From Alloascoidea hylecoeti (taxonomy: Eukaryota), in assembly GCA_001600815.1 (NCBI GenBank), contig BCKZ01000009.1, positions 848,803-912,802 of the forward strand: a stretch of 64,000 nucleotides of DNA. Reading direction: 5' to 3'. Each line of letters opens with the position of its first letter. Positions within the stretch are counted from its first letter, which is position 1. This document shows, in pieces, positions 11,461 through 24,169 of the stretch. The translations under genes were made by a program, and so were the position numbers. The notes beneath the pieces are model-generated. The model searched no databases, was not told the origin of the DNA, and saw nothing but the letters and a program-made list of their open reading frames with translations.

Positions 11461-14400
11461 TCCCCTAAAATGTATCAGTTATACATTCATGATCAAAAAT
11501 TAAACGGAAAACTAAAGGGAAGGAGAACAATACTTAGCTCCAGAAACTACACCTGTTTCAAACCAAAATAGTGCACTCAAAAGCCATATGACCTCTTGTA
11601 GATTGCATTCAGAAGTGGACAGTCCAACATAACTACTACCCCCAAATTTAAGACTTCCTGAAGATAATTCACCTGTAGATTTTAAATGAAGATAAAAGGC
11701 AGAAAATTATGTTAAACCGGAGTGAATTAAATAATGCTGATAATTACGGAAGTACATTTCACTACTTCCTAAGCTAGCCAAATAGTTATTATCATATGAA
11801 AGACCCGTAGTTCCATATCAGAAGTGGAGTTCAAACTTCTTAGTGGTACTACACACACAATTCTCCGGACATAGCAAAGATATATCTGTGTCAGATGAGA
11901 TTAAGATCAAGAATTCCTAAAAGATCTACAAATCTTTTCTAGTGAAAGCTTAAATTTATACATATGGTTTAATTGATTATGGCTTTTATTATTGTAGCTA
12001 GCAAAGATCCAGCATAAGGTTATTGATCCAAGTAATTAATCTATTAGATAGGAGGAAGATAATCGAAAGGATTTAACAACAAGGTTAACAATCCGGTAGT
12101 TTAACTTTTAAATAGCATTAAGTACTATTAGGTAGCAGTGAGATTTACCAAACAATCAATAAAATGAATAGTTTTAGGCCAAAAAAAGAGTCAGTACATG
12201 TAGTAACCAATTATTGGACGTACTGAATATAGCAACTATTAGCAAGTGTTACTATGCAGTACTAGCTCTACGGCATTTACACGAATTCTACAGTACACTT
12301 TTTTTTAACGACCTCGACCGTTGATATGCAGCTGCTTCTCCATGCAAATGTCTGTAAATAGTAGCAGGACTTAATACCTATACCCTATATGGTATATAAT
12401 ATAAATATCTCATGCATATGAATTGTCTGAATTGCAAAGATAAAAAACATTTCGCCATCCATGAAATAATACTTACAGCACTATAATCAAATATATATAC
12501 CCATGAATTGCAATCAGATCACTCAGATGAGATCGTGAGTACTTTAGTCACCTTCAAGTATTCACCATCCTTACATGTAGACCTACATTGCAATATTATA
12601 AAATCATATCTTCATACATGTAATATACGTATAGGACTATAAGATAGTTACAAAGGTGGTTCACATTTGCAATCAAATTATATTCATATCTATTTACGAT
12701 TATAGCTTATCCGGATGACTTCTAGCTTAGATCTGTTGCTGAAATGTACTAGTGAATCTGCCACTTTTAGGCAATTGGTATTATTAAACAAATTGGCGGA
12801 CAAAATATTACTACTTTTTAAATATTTCGACTTAGTAAGTATAAAATATAGTCATAGATCGATATATTTTCACATCATAAATAAATGATAGGTGGAGAAA
12901 GAATTGTGGTATCGAAGATCAACATTCTGCCACTTCTTAAGTTTTCTATTCTTCAATTACAATTTTATTTATTATTTATCACTTACAATACCTAGTTTTA
13001 GATCAACAGCCCTCCTCCTATTCAACAAAAAAAAATATGCATAGCTCGTTGCAGAGAATTTCGATCCTCTCTCAACTGCAAATATGTTTTCAGCAAATTC
13101 ACTTTCAAAAGCTTTCAAAGTTAAAACTTATTGGTGATAATTTGCAAATGTGAGAAGTTACTCTCACACATCTTTTAAGTGCTAAAAATGAATATCGAAA
13201 CCATTTAACTGAATTTATTTTGAGATTGCTAAAACCTATTTTTTAAAAATGTAACAGCAACTGAAAAAACCAAAAACACTTCATCAATTGTAAAGCCTAC
13301 AAATAGTGCAGTAGTATTAACATTGATCTGCAATGGTGATTATAACGATGATATTCAATTTAGAAACCAAGCCTCTGGCTCTAATAAATTGATATACAGA
13401 TTATGATAAAAGTTCTAATGGTATTTAATTAGCCCAATATTATTCATTAATTTCAAATTTCTATTTCTTAGTTTCAGTTTTTCATTATATCGTACACAAA
13501 GATCAAAATATTTATCAGGAGTATCAAACTGAATTAAAAAAAATATTGAATTTTTTGAGGCTGATGGTTTCCAAAAATTATTTTAAGAAACTCCAATTGT
13601 GTGTGCATGCGCTGTACATGTAGTTTCGATATAAATTGCACAAAAAGTTGTCTTCACGTGCCTCAATTGTTTCGCATTCACAGTCTTTTTCCAACTTCAC
13701 TATGAAGCGAAAAGGTATGAGGCGACTAAGATTCATGTCAGGGAACTGATGGGCTTGTACTGGAGGCACTTTCCTCATAATCAGCTCGGAAACTGATCAG
13801 TGATACCTACAAATATAATAAAACCCTTTTGTACGGGGTTTCACATAAGATTCAGTGAAAGAAGTTATTGAAGAAATGAATTCACGGCCAAAAGATCTTA
13901 TCGGTGAAGCTGCGAAAAGGGTTTCTATAATTGAGCGCTCGAAGAGGGCATTATCTAGTTCTCTACTTGATGATCTGTAAAATTACATAGATTTATATTA
14001 TTTTAATTTTTATTTCGAGCTTTTAGAAATATTAATGGATCGCACAATTTCATTTGACTGTTTAATATACACTCCGCTTTGTAAGTTGTCCAATAGGATA
14101 GTATCAAGTTGGGAAATAAAATTAATCTCGGATATAGGCATGGAGGTATATTATAAATTTAGGGGAATATTGCCTATTTCCTCATCTACTATAATGTAAT
14201 ATATAGTCGAAAACTCAATAATCAGTAACTTAACCAAAAATGATGAGCTGTCTGAAATTTGACTACTATCACGACCTGTCTCTTTCAGTTCAAACGATAA
14301 CTTGTTAAGATTAAGATCTTCCGATCCAATTTATATGTAATCCGTAGGTTAGGTAGATTTCTCTCGGGGTTGCGTGTCTCACACGTCAACGTGGCAGAAC

Positions 14401-14623
14401 ATTAGTGCAACATGGCTGAAATTAAGTGGAAAATAGTATTATTCTCCAGTTAGCATGGTAAGTTGTAGATTGTAGATAGGTACTGCCTTACAGGTACTAT
14501 AAATATAAGTTATATTTTTTGCCTTACGTAGGGTTGACACATGTCTATATTAAGAATGGTGCATATTGTGGCTCTGCATAATATATAGAATCCGGAACTT
14601 TATAACAATAAATAATACCATGC

Positions 14624-15294
14624 TAGTGTTCCCCACGGAATGCGAAATTGAGTTCCACGGCAAAAATCAGAATTTCCTTACGAAAATCTTCACGGAAATA
14701 TCTTTTAGATGTTACCCGCCCATCCCCTTATTTACATACATGAGGAATGAAACATGCTTTACCATAATTTACAACAACATTAAGATTGTTATAAACTTGT
14801 TTGTCACACGTTATACAAGTCTATATATTCGTATGAATTTGTTTTGCATGTCTTGTTTTTTATTTGTAAATCCAAAGTAAAATCAACGAGATTTGTGATA
14901 AAAATAATTGTTCTGAAAAAGAAAGAACTATACGAATTTCTATTACGAAATGAGCTATTTACAATGTAAAACTATATAAACTCCAAATTTAATATTTATT
15001 AAGCTTGTGAAGCTCAAGCTTGGCATCCCATTTCTCATCAAAAGAACCCAAGTCAAAATTCTTATACAACTTTGATAAAATCAGTTGGTCCGACACAGTT
15101 TCAAATTGCCAAGCAGTTTCTAATTGGTTAGCGAAAAATGTTAATGGAATTCAAATGGGATAATAATAGTCACATGTGCGTCATATGACCTACGGAAACA
15201 ACGTTCACGGAAACGTGTACGGACGATAAGCAAAATGGCTCATGGAAAAGTTACGTTAAATTTTAAACCACCAAATTTCACGTTTCCGTAACTA
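14624..15294. mobile_element. Possible decayed non-autonomous DNA transposon (hAT-like ends with clustered CACGGAA/TACGGAA motifs)
   Basis: TAGTGTTCCCCACGGAA at the left, TTCCGTAACTA at the right, several ACGGAA copies near both ends; no target-site duplication seen. Confidence 0.35.
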
Positions 15295-15637
15295 TACCAT
15301 ACCATACCTATCCACAGCTATATGCCAGCTATAGTAAGAATTACTACATATGCATATGCATATAAAATTCAAGAAGGATAACTTCAGAGCAAAAGAAGAA
15401 ATGCTCATTCCATATCAGATTAATTACTGGTAAGTATTAATATTATTTATGTTATTGCGGGTGTAGTGCATGAATCTCGTAATTATAACAAGTTAATTAT
15501 ATATAAACGTTAACGTTACTAACAACTGCCATGCTTTATTTACAATTTATAGCCACTCAAAAACCCCAAAAAACACTAAATCAATTTGAAATTACACAAC
15601 ACTTAAACTGCAGTTTTTCCACTATTCTCGAAACTTA

Positions 15638-15713
15638 TTAGCGTTACATCTGGGATTTAATTAGCGTTACATCTGGGATTTAATTAGCGATATACCGGAG
15701 ATTAATTAGCGTT
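15638..15713 (+). repeat. 23-bp tandem repeat TTAGCGTTACATCTGGGATTTAA (two exact, one degenerate, one partial copy)
   Basis: Read directly; further TTAGCGTT/TAACGTTA words occur at about 15500-15520 and 15775-15810. Confidence 0.85.
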
Positions 15714-15921
15714 CTTTTTGTAAATTAATTAAAATAATTTCTGATAATTAATTAGTGACGTTTTAGATAATTCTTTAGCGTTACCTAGGAAAATGAGGTA
15801 ACGTTATGTGTGACAATTAATTGGTCATTTAGATTTGAAAATTGACTAGCGCTATTTAATGATATATATAATTCATCCCACTAACACAAGAAGCCAGATT
15901 CTCAATTAACATGAGAACCTT

Positions 15922-16417
15922 CTAAATAGGCGATATCGTAGTGCTCGGGATATCATTAATTTTGATATATTTCAAAAAATCTTTCATAGGTTTTGTCAAA
16001 CTTTCGTAGATTTCCGGCTTGTTCATAACACTAGTATATTCATCAACAACACTAAATAACAATTCCTTATCTGGGGAACACAACAAAATTTTTCCTGATC
16101 TTGAATATTCTTTGAGATTTCGGCTTCCTTGTAAATTGTAAAGTTGTTTCAACTGGTTACTAGGGTCTTTGGAAACAATTCCATTTGTTCGGGTTTTCAG
16201 TGTTCTTAGATGCACTCGGTAACCTGTGATACCTATAATGTTCTTCTCAGGTGATCGTTGAACATGAAGAATAGCGGCTCCTATATTCTGAACCCTTCCT
16301 TGTTTCTAGGTACTTAGCTTTGTTTATTAATGGACGATAAGCCTTCTAGGACTTGGGCTCGTCCGGGATGTCTGAAAATTCCGAGTCTTATATAGCCCGA
16401 TCGCAGCTCTAATACCA
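15922..16417 (-). mobile_element. LTR-retrotransposon 5' relic: PBS-like TGGTATTAGAGC followed by a gag-like reading frame
   Basis: PBS-like 12-mer at 16417-16406. Downstream frame DPSNQLKQLYNLQGSRNLKEYSR...PDKELLFSVVDE...KPEIYESL resembles the gag L..L.Q.G....EY motif and a second relic at 52743-52975. Confidence 0.55.
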
Positions 16418-18997
16418 CCGAGTTGTTTTAATGCATGATCTGATGATTTTCTGTGACTATATCTTCCGTGCAAAATTTGTTTGGTACTTTTTTTACTTTT
16501 AGTATAGTGAGTTGGCTGCTAATTAATAAATAAGGCTTAAAGATTAGTAATATTATAGCTTTAGGTTGTTCTACTAATAGAGGGTTTAGATTTTAATACT
16601 TGTATATTAATATATAAGTTATATAATATTTGAATTCATAATCTTATCGATATGATTATAGATTTATAATTAAGAAGAGAGAAAGTTACATCATGATCAT
16701 TATATCATCTATTCTTTACTTGAATATTCCTGTCTATCCCTCTTTCTCAAAGTGCAGACAATAAATAATTTTTTATTAGGTGTATCCGATATATCCTTCA
16801 ACATTTAATTAATTGCTATTGTTAGCTTTATAAATATGGTAATATATTTCATATATCCATGCACCAATATCATGATATGTCTTAGATTCAAACTTTCCTA
16901 ACTTGTTTCTATTGTTTAATATATTAATATATAAGTATCTCGAACTGAAAACACGTATGCTTATTAAGTTATTATACAAAAGACAAAAAACAAAAGAAGT
17001 CTATTAATCAAGACTTCTATATGACTGTTATATAATTAGGCTGCTAGCACGCCATGTATGGCTCATCTATACAGATAATTACTGAAATCCGGAATATAAT
17101 TTTAAATTTTAATTTTAATGTTGAACTACATATGTATGTACTCTGAATCAATTTTTTTTCAGATTTTATATTTATATACATTAATGGAATGAAAAATTTT
17201 TGCAATTGCAATCATGAATCAGAATTTTCTGTCTAGATTTTCGTTTTATATTATAAAACCCATCAACAATCAGTTTCAGAAAATTAATAAGCTTAAGAAA
17301 GAATAATGTGTATATGCATAATATTCTTTAGAATCTCTACAGTGTAACTGTAAGCTGAATAAACACTCACTAATTAAACTCCAAATACTAATTATAATAC
17401 TATAATCGCAACACTGTATTGTTAATTATAACGTTAGCCATGCACAACATGTAGTAATTATAATGTACAGTCGACATCACAATCTACATCACATGGAGTC
17501 ATATAGCCGGTCTGAAAAAATATATTTCAGGAAGATATAAGATATCGATACATTATACGTACATATTCATGTATAGGTATACCGTCACCATTAGCGGAGA
17601 TTGTCGTTCCAATTGTTCAGCTTATAATTATAAGTCATAGCTTTGTTTAACATCTAATTACAAAATGAAGTAGTTTCAAAATTGAATGTCTCATTTATTA
17701 AGGTATAATAATATTCAACTAATATCCACAGAGCTCGAGGGTACCGGTTATAATTATATATATGCATTTTATATAAATGTTATTAATTAAGGGATGTATA
17801 GAATATCTTAACCTTGGAGAAAAAGTAGAATTCGAAGTAGAAGTAATTACCCCATAACGGGCGAGACGCATATATTAATTGATATTAGGGCTTACCTCAG
17901 CATCAATTACAGATTCATAATCAGGTGCTACTGTAATGGACAGATTTTGGCATGGCTATATATATAAGATGGGCAAAGATTTATATGCATTATAATTTAT
18001 AATGATACGTATATGCAACTATTATGCATCGTATATAATATAATAATTAAAGTTTCGACTCAACCCAAGGATTCTTAATAAGCTGTATATGGTGATCTCC
18101 CAGGTTTGCGAAAATTATATATGCATATACATGTATATAGTATATATAATTTACAGATTTCACAAGCCATTAATGGTCAAAATACCTGTTAAAGTGAAAT
18201 ATATCATGATCACTCATATTGTCCGAATCCTTAAGACTAGACTACTTTACTTTTCTTCTAGAACTCCTCCTTGATTCCTTGATTCAACTAAATTAAAACT
18301 ATATATTTTGCAATTGTTATATGAATGACCGATAGCATAACATATACGTAGATATATGTATATCCTACTGCCCATAAATGCAATTGAATTTCAATAAATA
18401 ATACTAAACATTTTACATAGATTGAGACAAACAGTGGTCTTGGTGTAACGACGGTGTTTAACCTCCTCGAATGATAAAGCTTAAGAGATCTGCATTCAGG
18501 CATATATGTATATGTACAAAACATGATTCTGGTACATGCATGTATGTATATATGCATATTTTTAAGACTATCAAATTTAACAGGCTCGAGTTCAAGCTCT
18601 CAACCATGACCGCTATTCTATAGTGTTATGGTGTAAGAATACCATCTATATATGGAGATCTATAATATCAATCATTCTATACAGAAGTTCAGAGCCAGAA
18701 TCGACATATTGATCGCAACTCTAAACGTATGGACTTAACATACAATCATGTGAAGTTCCCAAACTTCTAAATCTCAATTCTTATTAATTTCAAAGGGATA
18801 AAACATAGCAGTTGTCTAGACACGAAATATAACTCATAGGAAATACATGTACCACACCCGTTTGGAAGAAGAATATCACTGCAATTGGGAATACCAAAGC
18901 CTTTTGGTAAAGTCACGTGATAATGCATGGGCCAGTGGCATCTTTAAAATTTGTAGCTTTAATTTAAGTTTAATCCCCAAACCTCCATATGTGCAAG

Positions 18998-21798
18998 ATG
19001 GACCCAACTATACATTATGTACAACGAGCAGAAGATATCCCAAAGAAGAAGAGGAAGCGACCTACTGTACCCGAAGATAAAAGACTGAGAAGGAATGTGG
19101 CGTACGTAATATTATGATCATGTCTATTGTGTTCTTTCAATACTCTTTTATCATGCTAATTAACTGATTCTTATTTGATAGATGCCTGGAGTGTAGAAGA
19201 CAGAAACTCAAGTGTTATGGTAACAACCCATGCCAAAGATGTCTTGATAAGGGGGTTCAATGTGTCTTTGAAACAATACCCAAACCAAACATGAGGTAAG
19301 TCTTTATAATTGTAAATATAGATTTCAAAATGACCTAGTTAGTCCAATATCTCTATATGTTTAAGTCCTGAAATAAGGTACACCCCCTTAACCTTGGAGT
19401 CGTCATGATCGAACTAACAATAATATCTCAAATTTCCACTAATTATAAAGTGACAGGGAAATTCATGAAAATATGCAACGGTTAAAAGCGTTAGAAAATA
19501 TTGTTCAATCATTAATACCTCAGCAAGATCTTAGCCTACAGGCCTTAGAAACACGAGTTCAGCTACTGAGTCTATCTGAGACAAATTCCAATACTCCTGG
19601 TGACCTTGATAACAGTAGTAATAGTCAGGTTAGTGTGGCTAATTCTTTCTCTCGCCCGGGATCTGCTCGTACTTCGATGCAAGCGGAGAATATGGACAAT
19701 ATGGACAATGTCAATAATGTCTTACAAGGAACAGACGTGGGAACACCTGTTATGGTCGCCAAAGATGAAAAAACACATTATGAAGGTGTGGGATCAACAG
19801 GAGGATTTTTAGCCAGGTTGGACCAAATCATTAGAGGTGGAAGTATTAACGACAATGGAAACAAAGATGTTATTGAGGTATGCCCCGTTCCTTTTCTCCT
19901 CATTTATAAGTTTTATTTGCTAATATTCAATATTTTTAAAAGCCGTACCAGAATATCGGTCAAAAATCAATCGATAAATCAAGCACAATAAAATCCGTTC
20001 ACAATGTAATAAAAGAGTTACCACCCAAGGAAATCGCTGTATATCTAATAAACACATTTTTGAAAATTGCAGAAGGTAACAACTATTATTATTTTTCTTC
20101 TGCAGACTTTCTCGAAAAAATCGAAACAATTTACGAACATCCTGATGGTGTTACAGAGAAAGACTGTGGGTTTTTATGTATATTTTTGGGCAGTTTAGCC
20201 ATCGGATCTCTATTTGTTTATATACGTCATCCTGAGATGGCTGTGGCTGTTGGGGATTCAGAAAGCATTCCAAGTTCCTGGAAGTATCCTGGAATCAGAT
20301 TCTATGAGGCTGCAAAAACGTTGATCCCAGATGTTATTTCTCTCTGTACTGTGGAAACAGTTCAATCATTATTCCTTATAGGATTATATATCACGTCTAC
20401 TCAGGCTCACGAGACTCCATATTTGTATCTTGGTATAGCAATAAGAGCAGCTATAGCGAATGGAATGCATAAACAACAAACGGTTGGCGAGCTGGACCCT
20501 GTAACTATTGAAAAAAGAAATAGGGTATTCTGGGCTGTATACACAATGGAAAGGTATGTATAAAATGTTTATAAGCGGAAACTTCTTAATTTTAGTTCCC
20601 CTTTTGATATACTGACCCTCTTTTTTTTAACAGAAAGGTTGCAATATATAACGGATTGCCAGATACTCTACCAATAGATGAGATTGATGCTGCTCTTCCC
20701 ATGCCATGCAAAGAGCTAGATACAACAGATAGAATGGCAACTTTTCAAGGTCAGCATGCAGCAGTTAGTCTTACAATACTAAGTGCTAAAATCTTTGAGA
20801 TGTGGAAGTTATCGAAAAAAGAAGGAAAATTGACATCAATGATGCTAAATAGTCTTATTGATGAGTTAGAAGACTGGAGGGCTAAATTACCTAAAGAATT
20901 GGAAATACAAAATTTAGAGAATCAAGAAAAAGGTTTCAGAGGTGTTGTTCATATTCACATTTCATATTTTTTGGCGAGGATATCTATTGGAAGACCTTTT
21001 ATGCTCTTCCTTATCGGTCAAAAGACTCAAAGTATGAAAACTGGAATACCTATAGACACATTGAGTTATAATTATTACCTTTCTTACAAAATGAGTAAAT
21101 ACTGCTATGATTCTGCATCTGTAATAATTTCTTTATTACTTTTTATGAGGAATAAGAATTATTTATCAATATATTCATACCTTGATTATAACTCTGCTCA
21201 TACTGCATCTTTCATTCTGTTGATTTATAGTCTTATCGAACCATCAGATCAGTGCAATGGCTTAATTGATAGTGCTATCGATATTCTTGAATTTATTTCA
21301 CGACGTTCATACCATACTAGGCAAGGAACCAGAATGATTAAATCTTTAAAAAATTCAACTAGAAATTCTATCATATTTAGAAATTGGCTTTTGCAAAAGG
21401 AACAATTACACGCCCAACAGGAAGTGAGCATGGGATCCATTCTAACACCACCAAATTTGAATGGAAATATGATAAATAGTATTCCAGTAATGACACCGAA
21501 TGTGGCACAGGAATATCCTCCTGTTACACCACCAATGCCAATGATAACAACCATCCCACAACAATCTCAGCAATTTCGTCCTATAGCAGACCAATTTTCT
21601 CAATTTGTCTTTGGTCAACCTCAACCAAATGAAATTTTACACCAAATGGATAAAACATCGCCTTTAGATACCAATTCTACAAATATAGAATCAATGTTTA
21701 ATGGCCAAGAGTGGGTAAACAGTATGTATTCTGAAAGTTGTTTTCCACTGCTGGCAAATAATGCAATTGAGTCTATTCTATATCCACAACAACCTTGA
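18998..21798 (+). CDS. Zn(II)2Cys6 transcription factor with fungal-specific middle homology region; exons 18998-19101, 19182-19295, 19451-19877, 19943-20553, 20634-21798
   Basis: Spliced ACLECRRQKLKCYGNNPCQRCLDKGVQCVF cluster and AIRAAIANGMH...EKRNRVFWAVYTMER motif; four canonical frame-preserving introns. Confidence 0.92.
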
Positions 21799-22639
21799 TC
21801 ATGATTTTAACCAATTGTCGAAGCTATTAATTCAATGATGCCTTATTTTGATTTGTTACTGAAATTCTTTTTATTTTTGAAAGCTCTTTATACTGAAATA
21901 TGAACGAACATATATTATATATTTGCGATCAGGGCTTGTTTTTGACTTCCTTATCTTCTTTAGTATGTACTTCATTTAAATTTGCATTTCGTGATTAAAA
22001 TTGTGTTATTTTGTAAAAGATGATCTTTTTTGGAGTAGAGAATATAACTGACTTTCTTTCTTTCTTTTCCTAAATTAAATATTTTATTGGAAGCTATTGC
22101 TATAGGTATAATTTTGGGTATAGTTAATTATATAATCAAGTATTTTATCTTTCTATAATCAATGATCTCAGTATAAAGTTACTACCCTAAACTATAATAT
22201 ATTGACATGCTTTCATTAATTATAGCTATTCAAGCTGAACTCTTGATTATCAATTTTAGTACAATCACTTATATAAACCTTTAATATGTATTTTTAACTG
22301 TATAAATATATGCAATATTAATATCAATTCTTGTGTTTTTTTATACTTTAATTACAGTTTGGACTTTGTTATTGAGCACGGGAAACTTTTTAAAAATGAT
22401 AATATTAGGAAGAACAAACTAAATCGTATGTATAATAATTAATAGAAATGTGTACAATTGCAATAATTAGCTTCAAAGAACAAAATATTTTAAAACACTA
22501 ACCACGGCCAAAATATAAAAACTAACAACTTTTAAAAAAATGTTTATTAATGAATGAAAGCTGTAGAGGAATCATAATCACAATTAATTAAATCTTTCAA
22601 TTAATTGCAATTGTAAATAGACTTGCCCATAAATTTAAA

Positions 22640-24169
22640 TCATAACTGGTATCTAAAATATGGATTTTCACGATCTGTGAGATCTGCAAATTCAATATTT
22701 TCTACACTTTTTAATTCCTCTGGAATCTCATCTTCTGTTGCATCTCTTCTCTTATTCTCAGACCATTGATAGTAGTACAAGTAACTCGTTAAAAATATAC
22801 AAACAGCGTAACATACAACTAAAGCAACCTTCGCGCCCGGATATGAAGGAGCCTGTGATGATCTAAATGTTTGGGGGCCGATAAGATTACCAACACAGTA
22901 ACCAATCAAATAAATAGCATTCACAGTAGTCTTCTTTGTATGTCCTGCAATATTTGAAGAAACATTTGAAAGTAAAACAATTGTACCAACAACGGCAATT
23001 GCCATCAAATACAAACCAGCTAGCCTTGCATTATGATTTGTTGAAAATGCAAACATACAAACAGACATTTCACCTATGCATAGAGCACCAATAGCGATAG
23101 CTAAACTATGCGGGATCAAATGAATTAATAAGCCACAACCTGAAGCACCTATAAGCTCGACAGCACCAACGGGCATGCCCATAAGCATTGCCCCTGTAGT
23201 GTCATAACCAAGATCTGTTTTTAAAAGAATTGATCTAAAACTTGAAACACCTCCATTTGGAATATTGGCAGCAATACCTTGGAAAAACAAAATATAAGTA
23301 CGAGTATCTTTGAATGCTTCCACAAATTGATACCACTTGAAATGTTTATTACCAAAACCTTGATTATTGCTTCTGATTCTTTCAACGGCTAAACGTTTCT
23401 CATCATCATTAAGGAACCAGGCATCTGTTGGAATATCAGGTAAATGAAGCACAGTGATAATACCGAGGAAAATGGTCATGCAACCAACAATTATAAATAA
23501 AACTTTCCATGTCGCTAAGGAATAATTATCGTGATTAACCAAACCGTAGGAAATAGAACCAGCCAAAATAGTACCTAACCCATTGAAAGAATACCAAATA
23601 GAAGTTCTAGTAAACTGTTCTTCTTTCTTATACCACTGACCTGTGATGATAACAAAAGCTGGTGTAATGGCAGCTTCGGCACAACCAAGAAGTGTTCTCA
23701 AAGTAACAAACCCAGCATAACTAGGAATAGAACAGAGACAAACAATGATACCCCAAAGAATGAAAAAGAAACCAAGAGTTTTGACAACAGGAAATCTTTG
23801 GAGAAAACGAACAGCAGGGTATTCAAAAAACAAGTAACCAAGATAAAAGGCACTAGATGTCCAAGAATATTGTTGACCAACCATCTTTAAGTCCGTTCTT
23901 AAACCCATGATAGCAGCATAACTGTTACTATTTTTATCTAAAAATTGACAAGAATATAGAAGACACATAATAGGAATAATATACATGTCTATCTTTCGAA
24001 CAAGCCTCTTCTCTGCTTCTGGATCTATAACATATTTCACTTCATCCTTCACGAACTCCAGAGCCACATCCGCATCTTCGCCGATGATCCTTTTGCCTGT
24101 AGTTGTTCTAACGACCTTGAGATCGACAGCAGCCTCAGTGTCTTTTTCGATTGAGGATTCTGACATCAT
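22640..24169 (-). CDS. MFS anion:cation symporter, allantoate permease (Dal5) family
   Basis: LVRKID, QFLDK, QWYKKEEQFTR, NIPNGG, SNIAGHTKK, GNLIGPQTF, FADLTDRENPYFRY. Confidence 0.93.
   Translation of the reverse strand: MMSESSIEKDTEAAVDLKVVRTTTGKRIIGEDADVALEFVKDEVKYVIDPEAEKRLVRKIDMYIIPIMCLLYSCQFLDKNSNSYAAIMGLRTDLKMVGQQYSWTSSAFYLGYLFFEYPAVRFLQRFPVVKTLGFFFILWGIIVCLCSIPSYAGFVTLRTLLGCAEAAITPAFVIITGQWYKKEEQFTRTSIWYSFNGLGTILAGSISYGLVNHDNYSLATWKVLFIIVGCMTIFLGIITVLHLPDIPTDAWFLNDDEKRLAVERIRSNNQGFGNKHFKWYQFVEAFKDTRTYILFFQGIAANIPNGGVSSFRSILLKTDLGYDTTGAMLMGMPVGAVELIGASGCGLLIHLIPHSLAIAIGALCIGEMSVCMFAFSTNHNARLAGLYLMAIAVVGTIVLLSNVSSNIAGHTKKTTVNAIYLIGYCVGNLIGPQTFRSSQAPSYPGAKVALVVCYAVCIFLTSYLYYYQWSENKRRDATEDEIPEELKSVENIEFADLTDRENPYFRYQL

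Noticed and set aside
13030..13080. tRNA-like T-arm (GGATCGAAA) followed by poly-T on the minus strand
   Set aside because: The T-stem does not pair properly and no D or anticodon arm is present; at best a tiny relic.
15638..15713. 23-bp repeats as a CRISPR array
   Set aside because: Units are directly adjacent with no spacers, the context is eukaryotic and there are no cas genes.
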